Source of the DNA: Coriobacteriia bacterium
GTDB lineage: Bacteria > Actinomycetota > Coriobacteriia > Coriobacteriales > Eggerthellaceae
Reading direction: 5' to 3'
DNA length: 64,000 nt
Assembly (NCBI GenBank): GCA_030537255.1
Contig: JAUNOE010000001.1
Span: forward strand, 11,397 to 75,396
Shown: positions 15,804 to 25,772 of the stretch, piece after piece
How the letters are laid out: each line of letters begins with the position of its first letter
How positions within the stretch are numbered: position 1 is the stretch's first letter
Made by a program: the position numbers and the translations under genes
The notes under the pieces: generated by a model
Seen by the model: only the letters and a program-made list of their open reading frames with translations
Database searches by the model: none
Told to the model about the DNA's origin: nothing

Positions 15804-16400
15804 CTACTTATTGAAGATAAGAGACAATGCCTCGGCACGCGTGGCAGCATTGCTATCGAAGGCGCCACGGACAGCGCTGGTCACAGTGCGCGATCCGGGC
15901 TTCTTGATGCCGCGCATGCTCATGCAGAGATGCTCGGCCTCGATGACCACCATGACACCCTGAGGGTTCAGCTGCTCGACCAGCGTATCGGCTACCTGAC
16001 GCGTCAGGCGCTCCTGCACCTGAGGACGACGGGCGAACACTTCGACCAGACGAGCCAGCTTGGACAGGCCGCAGACGCGACCATCGTTGGCGGCGGGAAT
16101 GTAGCAGATGTGAGCCTTGCCAAAGAAGGGGGCCAGGTGATGCTCGCACATGGAGTAGAACGGGATGTCCTTGACGATAACCATTTCTTCATGGTCTTCG
16201 CTGAACAGGGTCTCGAAGTGCTCGGCGGGATCTTGATACAGGCCAGCACAGCACTCGGCGTACATCTTGGCCACACGGCTCGGCGTCTTGAGGAGACCTT
16301 CGCGATTGACGTCTTCGCCCATTCCCTCGAGGATCAGGCGGACACCCTGCTCGATCTTCTCAAGGTCCATCGGCGTATCCAGCACGTCGTTGTTGCTCAT
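15804..16400 (-). CDS. folE: GTP cyclohydrolase I
   Basis: [26 protein letters not shown] and HLCMSMRG motifs. Confidence 0.97.
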   Translation of the reverse strand: MSNNDVLDTPMDLEKIEQGVRLILEGMGEDVNREGLLKTPSRVAKMYAECCAGLYQDPAEHFETLFSEDHEEMVIVKDIPFYSMCEHHLAPFFGKAHICYIPAANDGRVCGLSKLARLVEVFARRPQVQERLTRQVADTLVEQLNPQGVMVVIEAEHLCMSMRGIKKPGSRTVTSAVRGAFDSNAATRAEALSLIFNK

Positions 16401-16717
16401 GGGCTTCCTTCCTTGTTTGGCGTGAAAGATTATTGTAGTACAGCCGCACGCTCGGCTCGGTTACGACCTTGTGTAGCCCTGGTTTGCGTAGCCTGTTTAT
16501 GAATAGCGCTTTGTGGGTAGCCCAATTTGCGTAGCTGGTTTGTACGGGCCTGTCATGCACAGGCCACTCTGCGTGGTGGGCCATTCTACGTGGACCCGTT
16601 ATGCGCATCCCGTTTGTGCCGCCTGTTATTACCTCATGAAAAAACGGGGCCAACCGCGTGCCGCCCAATTCCCAATGCCGCTCAATGCCCAATTGAGGCG
16701 CCGCTCAACCGGGAGGT

Positions 16718-17503
16718 CTAAACGTCAAGTTCGATTGATACGGGGCAGTGGTCGGAACCCATGATTTCACTCCAGATGTGAGCCATCTGCACTTTCTCAC
16801 GCAGCTCCTCGGACACCAGGAAGTAATCGATGCGCCATCCCGTGTTGTTGGCACGGGCACGGCCTCGGTAGCTCCACCACGAGTAGGCGCCTTCGGTGGT
16901 GGGATGCAGGTAGCGGAACGTATCGATGAAGCCTTCACCGATCAGTTCGGTGAACTTTGCGCGCTCTTCGTCAGAAAAACCGGGGTTGCCGCGATTTGTG
17001 CGTGGGTTCTTCAAGTCGATTTCGTTGTGTGCCACGTTGAAGTCGCCGCACATGACCACAGGTTTCGCAGTACCAATTTCGCCCGTCGGCAGCACGCCCG
17101 CCTCTAAGTTTTTGCACATGTCACGGAAAGCATCGTCCCAGCTCATTCGATGGTCCAGGCGCTTCAGTTCGTTCTGGGCGTTTGGCGTGTAGACGCACAC
17201 GAACCAGAACTCGCCAAACTCGCAGATGACCACGCGGCCCTCGGTGTCCAGTTCGGGGATGCCCACTTCGTGAATGACCCGCAGCGGCTCCTCGCGAGAA
17301 AACACTGCCGTCCCGGAATAGCCTTTCTTTTCGGCGTAGCTCCAATTCTGGTAGTAGCCAGGCAGGTCCAAGTCGATCTGGCCTTCCTGCAACTTGGTTT
17401 CCTGGAGAGCAAACACATCAGCATCAAGCTCGTTGAAAACATCCATGAAGCCCTTTTTTACCACGGCTCGCAAGCCATTGACGTTCCACGAAACAAGCCT
17501 CAT
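16718..17503 (-). CDS. xth: exodeoxyribonuclease III
   Basis: SWNVNGLRA, LQETK, GDFNVAH, WRIDY and SDHCP motifs. Confidence 0.97.
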   Translation of the reverse strand: MRLVSWNVNGLRAVVKKGFMDVFNELDADVFALQETKLQEGQIDLDLPGYYQNWSYAEKKGYSGTAVFSREEPLRVIHEVGIPELDTEGRVVICEFGEFWFVCVYTPNAQNELKRLDHRMSWDDAFRDMCKNLEAGVLPTGEIGTAKPVVMCGDFNVAHNEIDLKNPRTNRGNPGFSDEERAKFTELIGEGFIDTFRYLHPTTEGAYSWWSYRGRARANNTGWRIDYFLVSEELREKVQMAHIWSEIMGSDHCPVSIELDV

Positions 17504-17943
17504 GTATCTCTCCTTTTGGTTCCCAGGACTTCGATTTGCTGCAGGCGCGGGTTTAGGTCCTCGGCTTGATGCGAGACCCGTGGACCATCTGGTTCGCCGC
17601 AGCCTTCCATCGTTCTTTCCGCAGACGATTTTGGCACAGAGAGCAGAAAAGCGGCACCAACAAGTACCGCCTTCATAGATTGCCCAGTCATGCGACCCAT
17701 TCGACCATGTGGCCGAGCGGCCCGTACCACCTTCCGCAGGTGATGCCCCGATTGCCGACGCATCGTTCGATCCTACGTTGTTCGACCCACATCGATCGGC
17801 CTCTCGCCATTCGACCCCTTACCATTCGGCCCCCAACGTTCGATCTGTCTGGTCGCATGGTCCCCTCGACAGTCTTTTCCTCGCTTTGCCCTATTCGCAG
17901 GCGGCTCAAACCAGAAAACGGATCCCCGATGGCAATTTGAGCC

Positions 17944-18098
17944 GCAAATGTACGAATCAACAACGTCAAAAAGACAGACGAATTGGCCCCAAGCAAGCCC
18001 TGGTGCGAAAGCAAATGCAAAACCGCAGGTCACAAAGCTATCAGCCTTCCAGGAATCCACGGGAAAAAACGACCCTGCTGCCTAATTCGTACATTTGC
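17944..18098. repeat. intergenic element with 14-bp perfect terminal inverted repeats
   Basis: GCAAATGTACGAAT (17944-17957) / ATTCGTACATTTGC (18085-18098); CAGGTCA near the centre. Confidence 0.6.
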
Positions 18099-18144
18099 TG
18101 CGCTTTTTGCCAAATGGACGCCTCCCTCTGGTTCGAACGAGCAG

Positions 18145-19695
18145 CTAGCGCTCGAGGGACTCCTCCAGATGGTGTTGGTACTCGCGGTCGATGGCGCCCT
18201 CTTCGTGCACGGGCTCCACCTCGAAAGGCACGCTCTTCGTGAACAGACTGACTACCGGCACGATGATCAGCGAGCCAACCATCGCGATGGCTCCGCAATT
18301 GATGGGGCTTGCGATCAACGGCGTACCCAGCAGGGTCAAAATCATGTTGCCCGTGGTCAGGCCCACGCCAAACGCAAAGCTCACCCATACCGCAGCCTTG
18401 GAAATACGCTTACTGTACAAGCCCCAGAAGTAGGGACCCAAGAAGGCGCCAGACAAAGCACCCCAGCTAATGCCCATGAGCTGCGCAATAAAGGTAACCG
18501 TAGACGTGTACTGGAACAATGCCAAAGCCGCCGAAAGAACAACGAAGACAACCAGCAGAACGCGAATCCACAGCACTTGCCTCTGCTCGGACATGTCCTT
18601 GATGAAGTTGCCCTTCACCACGTCAAGCGTCAGCGACGAACTTGAGGTCAGCACCAGCGAAGCCAGGGTGGACATGGACGCAGAAAGGACCAGCACCACT
18701 ACAATGCCCATCAGAATATCCGGCAGCCCGGAAAGCATAGTTGGAACGATGGAGTCATAGATAGGCGTGCCGTTGGGCGCGTAGGCGATCTGGTCGCCAA
18801 AGAGTCGGCCAAAGCCTCCCAAGAAGTAGCAGCCGCCCGAAACCACCAGGGCAAACACCGTAGAGATGATCGCACCCTGCTTGATGGCGGGACCCTCTTT
18901 GATGGCATAGAACTTGGTGACCATCTGAGGCAAGCCCCACGTACCCAGCGACGTCAGAACCACTACGCCAAGCAGGTTCAGCGGATCGGGACCAAACATC
19001 GAAGTGAAGGCGCCCTCAAACCCAGGAGCAGTCTCGCACGACACCTGCGACAGGCTCAGCACGGATTCCATGAAACCGCCCTGGCTACCCAGCACCGCGC
19101 AAATCACCGCAACGATGCCGATCAGCATGATGATGCCCTGGATGAAATCGTTGACCACCGTGGCCATGTAGCCACCCAACACCACGTAAACGCAGGTCAC
19201 CAGCGCCATACCAATGACGCAACCCTCAAACGGCAAGCCAAAAGCCATGGCAAACAAGCGCGAAAGGCCGTTATAGACCGATGCGGTATAGGGAATCAGG
19301 AAGACGAAGACGATGAGCGCAGCAGCGATACGGATGGAGCGCGAATCAAAACGCTTGCCAAAGAACTCTGGCATGGTAGTGGCGCCCAGTCGCTGAGTCA
19401 TCTCGCGCGTACGGGGACCCAGCACGTACCAAGCCAGCAGCGAGCCGATGACCGCATTGGCGATGCCCACCCAGAAGGCAGCCAATCCGTATTTCCAACC
19501 AAACTGACCCGCATAGCCAATGAACACGACAGCACTGAAGTAGCTCGTGCCAAAACCAAAGGCGGACAACCAGGGGCCGACATTACGGCCTCCCAGAATA
19601 AAGCCGTCGACGCTCTTGGCGCTGCTGCGGGCCCAAACGCCCACGCCAATTACCACGCCGACGAAAATCAAGATTACAGCAATCTTTGCAATCAT
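18145..19695 (-). CDS. sodium:solute symporter family protein
   Basis: FILGGRNVGPW, SYFSAVVFIG, EFFGKRF and SASMSTLAS motifs; about 13 TM segments. Confidence 0.93.
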   Translation of the reverse strand: MIAKIAVILIFVGVVIGVGVWARSSAKSVDGFILGGRNVGPWLSAFGFGTSYFSAVVFIGYAGQFGWKYGLAAFWVGIANAVIGSLLAWYVLGPRTREMTQRLGATTMPEFFGKRFDSRSIRIAAALIVFVFLIPYTASVYNGLSRLFAMAFGLPFEGCVIGMALVTCVYVVLGGYMATVVNDFIQGIIMLIGIVAVICAVLGSQGGFMESVLSLSQVSCETAPGFEGAFTSMFGPDPLNLLGVVVLTSLGTWGLPQMVTKFYAIKEGPAIKQGAIISTVFALVVSGGCYFLGGFGRLFGDQIAYAPNGTPIYDSIVPTMLSGLPDILMGIVVVLVLSASMSTLASLVLTSSSSLTLDVVKGNFIKDMSEQRQVLWIRVLLVVFVVLSAALALFQYTSTVTFIAQLMGISWGALSGAFLGPYFWGLYSKRISKAAVWVSFAFGVGLTTGNMILTLLGTPLIASPINCGAIAMVGSLIIVPVVSLFTKSVPFEVEPVHEEGAIDREYQHHLEESLER

Positions 19696-19845
19696 GGTCG
19701 GTCTCTCTATCTAGCTATCTTGCTCTTTCAGACCTTTGCTCGCAGCGATGAGGACGAGCGGTGTCGCACATCCAGGAAACACCCCTGCGAACAAGGTAAG
19801 AGAAAAGTAGCATCCCTTAGAACCGCTCTCACAAATTGATAGTTG

Positions 19846-19864
19846 CTATAACGATTTGTTATAG
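19846..19864. promoter_or_regulatory. LysR-type binding box in the divergent intergenic region
   Basis: CTATAAC-N5-GTTATAG palindrome containing T-N11-A; second palindrome GTCATAA-CGC-TTATGAC at 19904-19920. Confidence 0.6.
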
Positions 19865-19915
19865 GTTCAACGGCTATCGACCCGTAAGGTCAGCTAACAT
19901 ATCGTCATAACGCTT

Positions 19916-20815
19916 ATGACAGTTCGAGAAATGAGTGCCATGGACATCAAACGCTGCGCCGCCTTCGTTGCCGCCGTCGACACGGAAAGCATGTCGGGGG
20001 CCGCCAAGGCGCTGGGATACACCCCCTCGGGCATCATCAGACTTATCAATGCCCTAGAAGACGAAGTGGGCTTCCCCGTTCTTGCGCGTAGCAGCACGGG
20101 CGTAGCCGCTACGCCCGAGGGCCGAAAGCTCTTGCCCATGTATCGCGAAATCGTGCGTCTGGCCGAGCAAGCCGAAAAGACCAGCGTGCGCATCCGTGGC
20201 TTAGCCGAAGGATCGCTTGCCATCGGCGTGCTCTCCAGCATCGCCGCCGTTTGGCTCCCCGACGTCATCGTCGAATTCCAGCACCGTTTCCCTGGCGTGC
20301 AGGTACACGTGGTGGGCGGCAGCGACGTGCATCTTCTCGAAATGCTGGAATCGCACGCCGTGGACTGTCTGGTGTTCCATGGCGACCACAGCAACCTTGA
20401 CTGGATTCCCCTGGGCAAGCAGGAACTCACCGCCTGGATTCCGCAAGATCATCCCATGGCGCGCCACAGCGAAGTGCTGTTGGCGGAATTCGATGGCCAG
20501 CCCTTCATCCGCATCCACCCCGAAGGTGAGACCTTTGCCGAGCGTCTGCTGCGCGAACGAAACCTGGAGCCCGACATCCGCTTTACCGCCACCGACTGCT
20601 ACGCCGCCTGGAACATGGTGAAGGCAGGGCTGGGATGCACCCTATGCTGTAGCGGCCTGGCCGAAGGTTGGAAGGGCGACGTCGAAGTGCGCAGCCTGAG
20701 CCCGCGTCAGTATTTGGAATTTGGTGTGGCCAAACTGCCAAATGTGTCCACTTCGCCCGCAGCTGACGAATTCATCGAGGTCGCACGACGTTTCGCTGGC
20801 ACCTGGCCCGTATAA
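19916..20815 (+). CDS. LysR family transcriptional regulator
   Basis: SMSGAAKALGYTPSGIIRLINALEDEVG HTH plus substrate-binding domain; true start may be a downstream ATG (MSAMDIK). Confidence 0.93.
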   Translation: MTVREMSAMDIKRCAAFVAAVDTESMSGAAKALGYTPSGIIRLINALEDEVGFPVLARSSTGVAATPEGRKLLPMYREIVRLAEQAEKTSVRIRGLAEGSLAIGVLSSIAAVWLPDVIVEFQHRFPGVQVHVVGGSDVHLLEMLESHAVDCLVFHGDHSNLDWIPLGKQELTAWIPQDHPMARHSEVLLAEFDGQPFIRIHPEGETFAERLLRERNLEPDIRFTATDCYAAWNMVKAGLGCTLCCSGLAEGWKGDVEVRSLSPRQYLEFGVAKLPNVSTSPAADEFIEVARRFAGTWPV

Positions 20816-20965
20816 GATAGGCATCGACTCTTACAAGGCGACCAGCGGAAACCAAATCTTCCCTAAGGCTCAAACGAGGTTCAAGCAAACCAAACGATAA
20901 TACCCCCGAGTGGGGGCTAGGATTGACGCGTTCAATAACGACACCGCCCTGCGAAAGGAACTTCC

Positions 20966-21835
20966 ATGGCTGAAATCGAACGCATCACTGGCCACACCCA
21001 CCTCGTCGGTCTCATCGCAAACCCCATCCGTCACTCCAAGTCGCCTGCAATGCACAACGCTTCCTTCGCGCAGCAGGGCGTCGATGCAGCCTACCTGGTG
21101 TTCGAAACCGAGCCCGAAGACCTTCCTTACGTGGTCGAAGCCTTCAAGCGCACTGGCGTTGACGGCTACAACGTGTCCATGCCCAACAAGATGGCCATCG
21201 GTCAGTACCTCGACGAGCTGACCGACGCAGCCCGCCTGATGGGCGCCGTGAACTGCGTCGTCAACAAAGACGGCAAGTCCGTCGGCCACAACACCGATGG
21301 CGCTGGCTTCATGCGCAACCTGAAGGAATGCGGCTTCGAGTGCAAGGGCAAGAAGATGGTCCTCATGGGCGCTGGTGGCGCAGGTTCCGCCATCTTCGTC
21401 CAGGCCGCACTGGACGGCATGGCTCAGATCGACATCTTCAACCCCAAGGACTCCTTCTTCGATGGCGCCGTCGAGCGCGCCGCCAAGGTTTCCGAAGAAA
21501 CCGGCTGCAAGATCATCGTTCATGACCTGGCTGATCGGGAAGCCCTGAAGAAGGCTTGCGACGAGGCAGACGTCCTGGTCAACGCATCCAAGGTCGGTAT
21601 GAAGCCCATGGATGACCAGAGCCTGATTCCCGCTGAGTTCATCAAGCCTGGCGTATTTGTCGCCGACACGGTGTACAACCCCCAGGAAACCCTGCTGATT
21701 AAGACCGCCAAGGAAAAGGGCAATCCCGTGGCTCCTGGCATCGGCATGATGCTGTGGCAGGGCGCCATTGGCGAAAAGCTCTGGTACGACATCGACATGG
21801 ACATTGACTACATCCGCGGCATCGTCACCGAATAG
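20966..21835 (+). CDS. aroE: shikimate/quinate dehydrogenase (YdiB-like)
   Basis: HSKSPAMHN, NVSMPNK, NTDG, GAGGAG and MMLWQG motifs. Confidence 0.92.
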   Translation: MAEIERITGHTHLVGLIANPIRHSKSPAMHNASFAQQGVDAAYLVFETEPEDLPYVVEAFKRTGVDGYNVSMPNKMAIGQYLDELTDAARLMGAVNCVVNKDGKSVGHNTDGAGFMRNLKECGFECKGKKMVLMGAGGAGSAIFVQAALDGMAQIDIFNPKDSFFDGAVERAAKVSEETGCKIIVHDLADREALKKACDEADVLVNASKVGMKPMDDQSLIPAEFIKPGVFVADTVYNPQETLLIKTAKEKGNPVAPGIGMMLWQGAIGEKLWYDIDMDIDYIRGIVTE

Positions 21836-21886
21836 CAAATTCCTCGAACGCCTGGCCCGCGTCAAACCGGCCAATCACCCCAGCAT

Positions 21887-21925
21887 AGAAGGGGCCCGCC
21901 ACTCATACAGTGGCGGGCCCCTTCT
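21887..21925. terminator. intrinsic terminator between convergent genes
   Basis: AGAAGGGGCCCGCCACT / AGTGGCGGGCCCCTTCT 17-bp stem. Confidence 0.8.
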
Positions 21926-21976
21926 TGCGTTTCGTCTTAGGTGTGGCTACGTGCTGAAAGGCACTAAATAACCGGA

Positions 21977-22303
21977 CTAGTCCTCGTACTCGAAGACGTC
22001 TGCGAATTCCTGTTGGAAGACCTCAAAGATCTCGTTCAGCAGCTCTTCGTCCTCGATGGGAATATAGGCCTCGAGAGCCTCATCGTCTTCGACCTCGACG
22101 ACCTGCATGATGATGACAGCGTCGTCTTCGTCTTCGACAGGCAGAAGAACCACGTAGTTGTTGCCGTCTTCGTGTTCGATAACAGCCAAAAGCTCGACTT
22201 CGACCTCGTTATCCTCGTCGTCGGTCAGAAAAATGGTGTTGCCGACTTCTTCCTCCAGGGATTCGTCGTCGAACTCGATGATGTCGTTGTCCTGGTCAGC
22301 CAT
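21977..22303 (-). CDS. DUF1292-like acidic protein
   Basis: IFLTDDEDNEVEVELL...YVVLLP...IEDEELLNEIFEVF pattern. Confidence 0.8.
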   Translation of the reverse strand: MADQDNDIIEFDDESLEEEVGNTIFLTDDEDNEVEVELLAVIEHEDGNNYVVLLPVEDEDDAVIIMQVVEVEDDEALEAYIPIEDEELLNEIFEVFQQEFADVFEYED

Positions 22304-22428
22304 TGCAGCCCCCTTTCATACGCCTGCACAGGCAGGCAGCGCATGCGAATGAGCCGCATGCAGGCTTGATGCCATTGATACTTTGCAAATTCTAGCAAAC
22401 AGCCCGCCGCATACGAAAGGCGAGAGCC

Positions 22429-23769
22429 CTAGCGCTCGTCCATGGGGACGTAGGGGCGAGGCGAAGTAGCCGTCTTGTAAGCAGGACGGATGATGCGCTT
22501 GCCAGAAACCAGCTCCTCAAAGCGATGGGCGGCCCAACCAGCCATACGTCCGCAGGCAAACAGCGGGGTGATCAGGTCAGAAGGAATGCCCAGCATGTTG
22601 TAGACAAAGCCGGAATACATGTCGACGTTGGCGCACATGTCCTTCTTCGTACCCTTGATGTCCAGGATGACCTCAGGAGCCAAGCGCTCGATGCTCTTGA
22701 GCAGGTTGAGCTCAGCCTCGAATTCGGTGCCTGCAGCAAGCTTGGAAGCATATTCCTTTAGGATGACGGCGCGAGGGTCGCTCTTGGTGTAGACGGCGTG
22801 ACCCATACCGTAGATGAGACCTGTGTGGTCATAAGCTTCCTTGCGCAGAATCTTGGCCAGGTAGCTGGCGACTTCGTCGTCGTTTTCCCAGTCGTGAACG
22901 TTCTCCTTGATTTCAGCCTGCATGGCTGCCACCTGGTGGTTTGCGCCGCCGTGCTTGCGACCCTTGAGGGAGCCGATGGCCGCTGCGTAGGCGCTGTAGG
23001 GGTCGGTGTCCGCAGAGGAAAGAACGCGGCAAGTGAAGGTGGAGTTGTTACCGCCGCCATGCTCGGAGTGCAGGGCCAGCATGATGTCGAGCATACGTGC
23101 TTCCTCAGGCGTGTACTGACGATCAGGACGCAGCATGGACAGGATGGTCTCAGCGGTTGACTCACCATAGATGAAGTGATGGTAGACCATGGTGTCGCGA
23201 TGGAAATACGAACGCATGGCGTAGTAAGAAAGCACCGACAACCTGGGCAAACGCGAAAGCAGACTAACAGCCGTGCGAATTTCGTGCTCGTAGGAACGAT
23301 CTTCCGCGTCGTGGTCGCTGGCATACAGCGTGAGCACCGAGCGCGAAAGTAGGTTCATGATGTCGCGGCTCGGCGTGGAGAGAACCTTGTTCACCGTGAA
23401 ACCATCAGGCAGGTCGCGCTGGCTGTCGATCTCTGCGATGAAGGCCTCGAGCTGGCTCTTGGTAGGCAGCTCACCCATCAGCAGCAGATAAGCAACTTCT
23501 TCGTAGCCAAAACGCTTGGTGGTGTCGCCTGAGAGCAGGTCATACAGGTCGTAGCCTCGGATGAGCAGCTTGCCTTCGTCGGCCACCTTGAAGCCATCGC
23601 TCATGACGTAGCCATGAACGTTGGAAATGTTGGTGACGCCCGCGATAACGCCCGACGTGTCCGAATTTCTCAGGCCACGCTTGACGTCATACTGTTCGTA
23701 CAGCGACGGATCCACGGAATTCACCGTGACGAAGTTGTTATAGAGACTCAGCTTCTTCTGCTCGTCCAT
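22429..23769 (-). CDS. gltA: citrate synthase
   Basis: HGGGNNSTF, HGGAN, GMGHAVY and ANVDMYSG catalytic motifs. Confidence 0.93.
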   Translation of the reverse strand: MDEQKKLSLYNNFVTVNSVDPSLYEQYDVKRGLRNSDTSGVIAGVTNISNVHGYVMSDGFKVADEGKLLIRGYDLYDLLSGDTTKRFGYEEVAYLLLMGELPTKSQLEAFIAEIDSQRDLPDGFTVNKVLSTPSRDIMNLLSRSVLTLYASDHDAEDRSYEHEIRTAVSLLSRLPRLSVLSYYAMRSYFHRDTMVYHHFIYGESTAETILSMLRPDRQYTPEEARMLDIMLALHSEHGGGNNSTFTCRVLSSADTDPYSAYAAAIGSLKGRKHGGANHQVAAMQAEIKENVHDWENDDEVASYLAKILRKEAYDHTGLIYGMGHAVYTKSDPRAVILKEYASKLAAGTEFEAELNLLKSIERLAPEVILDIKGTKKDMCANVDMYSGFVYNMLGIPSDLITPLFACGRMAGWAAHRFEELVSGKRIIRPAYKTATSPRPYVPMDER

Positions 23770-23852
23770 GAAGGCTCCTTTCGCTTCGCAAGCTTTAATT
23801 ATCGACCAACAGCTTGTCTAAATAACGAAGGGGCGTCAAATGATACGAAAGC

Positions 23853-24785
23853 TTAATACTTGGCCACGGCCTGATTTCGGGGAGAACGAACCATCATCAT
23901 GCGCAAAATGGCACCCAAGGTGCTTTCTGCCCAACTGTAATTAGACAGGTAGCTACCACCAAACATGCGCGAATACTGTTCGTTGCCCGCCATCATCTCG
24001 TAGTAATCGCAGGTGACCATAGAGCGATTGAAACTCCTGACGCCGCGGCTTTCTTCGATCAAACCGGAAAGGCCGTAGTGACCGAGGGTCCGCTTGGTGC
24101 GCTGACACAGCTTGCGATAGCGATTCAAGGTTCGCTCGCTGACCAGTTCGTCTTCCCAAAGGCAGGTAATGGCCTCTTCAGGGGTCACGGTGCCGCCATT
24201 ACGGTCTACCAGAAGGGCCACAAGCTCCTTTTCCTTGGGGCTACGAAACACCACGGGCTTGCCCTCGACGAAGATGTCAAAATGACCAAAAGTCCGCACG
24301 AAGACGGGCGGCTCGACGAAGGGCTGACGTGGATGGGGAACCAACAGCAAGCGAGACCTAGCAGAGTCCAGATCGACAAACCCATAAGAGCCGCCGTTTG
24401 GTTCACGCGAATGCTCGAGCTGGACTCCATGCAGACATTCAGACGGAGCCACACGTTGGGCCCCATGCAGATGCTCATCCGAAATCTCGGGCAGATCCTC
24501 ATGCAAGGTTCCGCTCGAACCTTCGTACGAGTCTCGCTGCGAACCCTCATGCAAAGCCTCATGCATTCCCTCGCACGAAGCATGTTTGATCACGGGGCTT
24601 TCGCCCTCTACGTTTGACGAAATGGCACCCAATGGCCGGCCCTCCAATATGCAATCCCTTGGTTCGGCGTGCACACACCCATTCGCGCCCGTCGAAGACT
24701 TGCCCTCATGCCCTCTCATCAAGCATTCCTCCTGCTCAAGTCCATCATCATGGTGACGAACAGGCCCTTTGCTCCACATGGTCAT
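23853..24785 (-). CDS. SARP-like (winged-helix + BTAD-like) regulator with a low-complexity N-terminus; start uncertain
   Basis: VRTFGHFDIFVEGKPVVFRSPKEKELVALLVDRNGG...LWED...CDYY...YLSNYSWAE output domain; no receiver-domain motifs upstream. Confidence 0.75.
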   Translation of the reverse strand: MTMWSKGPVRHHDDGLEQEECLMRGHEGKSSTGANGCVHAEPRDCILEGRPLGAISSNVEGESPVIKHASCEGMHEALHEGSQRDSYEGSSGTLHEDLPEISDEHLHGAQRVAPSECLHGVQLEHSREPNGGSYGFVDLDSARSRLLLVPHPRQPFVEPPVFVRTFGHFDIFVEGKPVVFRSPKEKELVALLVDRNGGTVTPEEAITCLWEDELVSERTLNRYRKLCQRTKRTLGHYGLSGLIEESRGVRSFNRSMVTCDYYEMMAGNEQYSRMFGGSYLSNYSWAESTLGAILRMMMVRSPRNQAVAKY

Positions 24786-24932
24786 TTCGAATGTTTTGGC
24801 TCATACGTCCATCGGTTTGCCTTGGGCTTCCGATAATGCACGCAACACTCTTGAAACACAGTCGGGGACTTACCAGACATTTCCTTATTTTTGTCGGAAT
24901 GTTGTTCGTCAAATCAAGAATACCGAGGTCAG

Positions 24933-25017
24933 CGTGACAATAGCAGCAGTGAAACCACTGCAAACGTGACGGCATCGGGACCCAAACGTGACAAATACGT
25001 GACAGATACGGTAAAAT
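24933..25017 (+). promoter_or_regulatory. phased (A)CGTGAC direct repeats and a -10 box
   Basis: CGTGAC at 24933, 24965, 24987 and 24998 (spacing 32, 22, 11); TAAAAT at 25012-25017. Confidence 0.55.
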
Positions 25018-25181
25018 CGCCAAAACAGGCATCAGGCAGCACCAGCAAAGACGCCCCGAAGCAACGCGACTTGGCGACCAGAGACCAGAAACAAGAGAAA
25101 CGCCGGGAGAAAGGGCTCGACGGCAAGAGCCGTCCAAAGGCAAAAGGAACTGGTGGCAATAAGGAATGCAAGGACCTAAGC

Positions 25182-25664
25182 CTATGCCGTCAGGTCTGCG
25201 AGGACAACCGGAATTGCTTGCTGTAAGGCAGCCAGGCTCGTTTCAATCTGAGCACCAATGCGCCCACCGCTGAACAGGATAGTGTCGTAGAGCTCCGCCG
25301 TTTCGTCGATGGTGGTCACAAAGCGCTTCTTCATACCTAGGGGCGAACAACCGCCATGCACGTAGCCGGTAAGAGGCAAGAGCTCCTTCGACTTGATCAT
25401 GTGGACCGACTTCTCGCCAACGGCAGAAGCCGCCTTCTTCAGGTCAAGCTCCTCGGCAACGGGAATCATGAAGACGTAGTGCTCACCCGAATGACCTATG
25501 GTCACCAGGGTCTTGAACACGTGGTCGGGATCATCGCCACGCATTTGTGCGATTTCAACGCCCGAAAGACCCTCGGCGCCGTCGAAGGAATGAAACACGT
25601 ACGCAGCACCCGTGCGCTCCAGCTCACGTACGGCGTTGGTCTTCTTTTCTTGTTTCTTTGCCAT
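25182..25664 (-). CDS. ybaK: Cys-tRNA(Pro) deacylase
   Basis: KTNAVREL, VFKTLV, TGYVHGGCSPLG and SGGRIG motifs. Confidence 0.93.
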   Translation of the reverse strand: MAKKQEKKTNAVRELERTGAAYVFHSFDGAEGLSGVEIAQMRGDDPDHVFKTLVTIGHSGEHYVFMIPVAEELDLKKAASAVGEKSVHMIKSKELLPLTGYVHGGCSPLGMKKRFVTTIDETAELYDTILFSGGRIGAQIETSLAALQQAIPVVLADLTA

Positions 25665-25772
25665 CTGAAAGCAAGATCCTTTCCTTATCGAGCGCAATGC
25701 CTGCACACCAAGCTCAAGCCCATCAATCTTACGCTATGCTTTTGGTTGCATTGTCCATCCGAAGGAAGTCCC

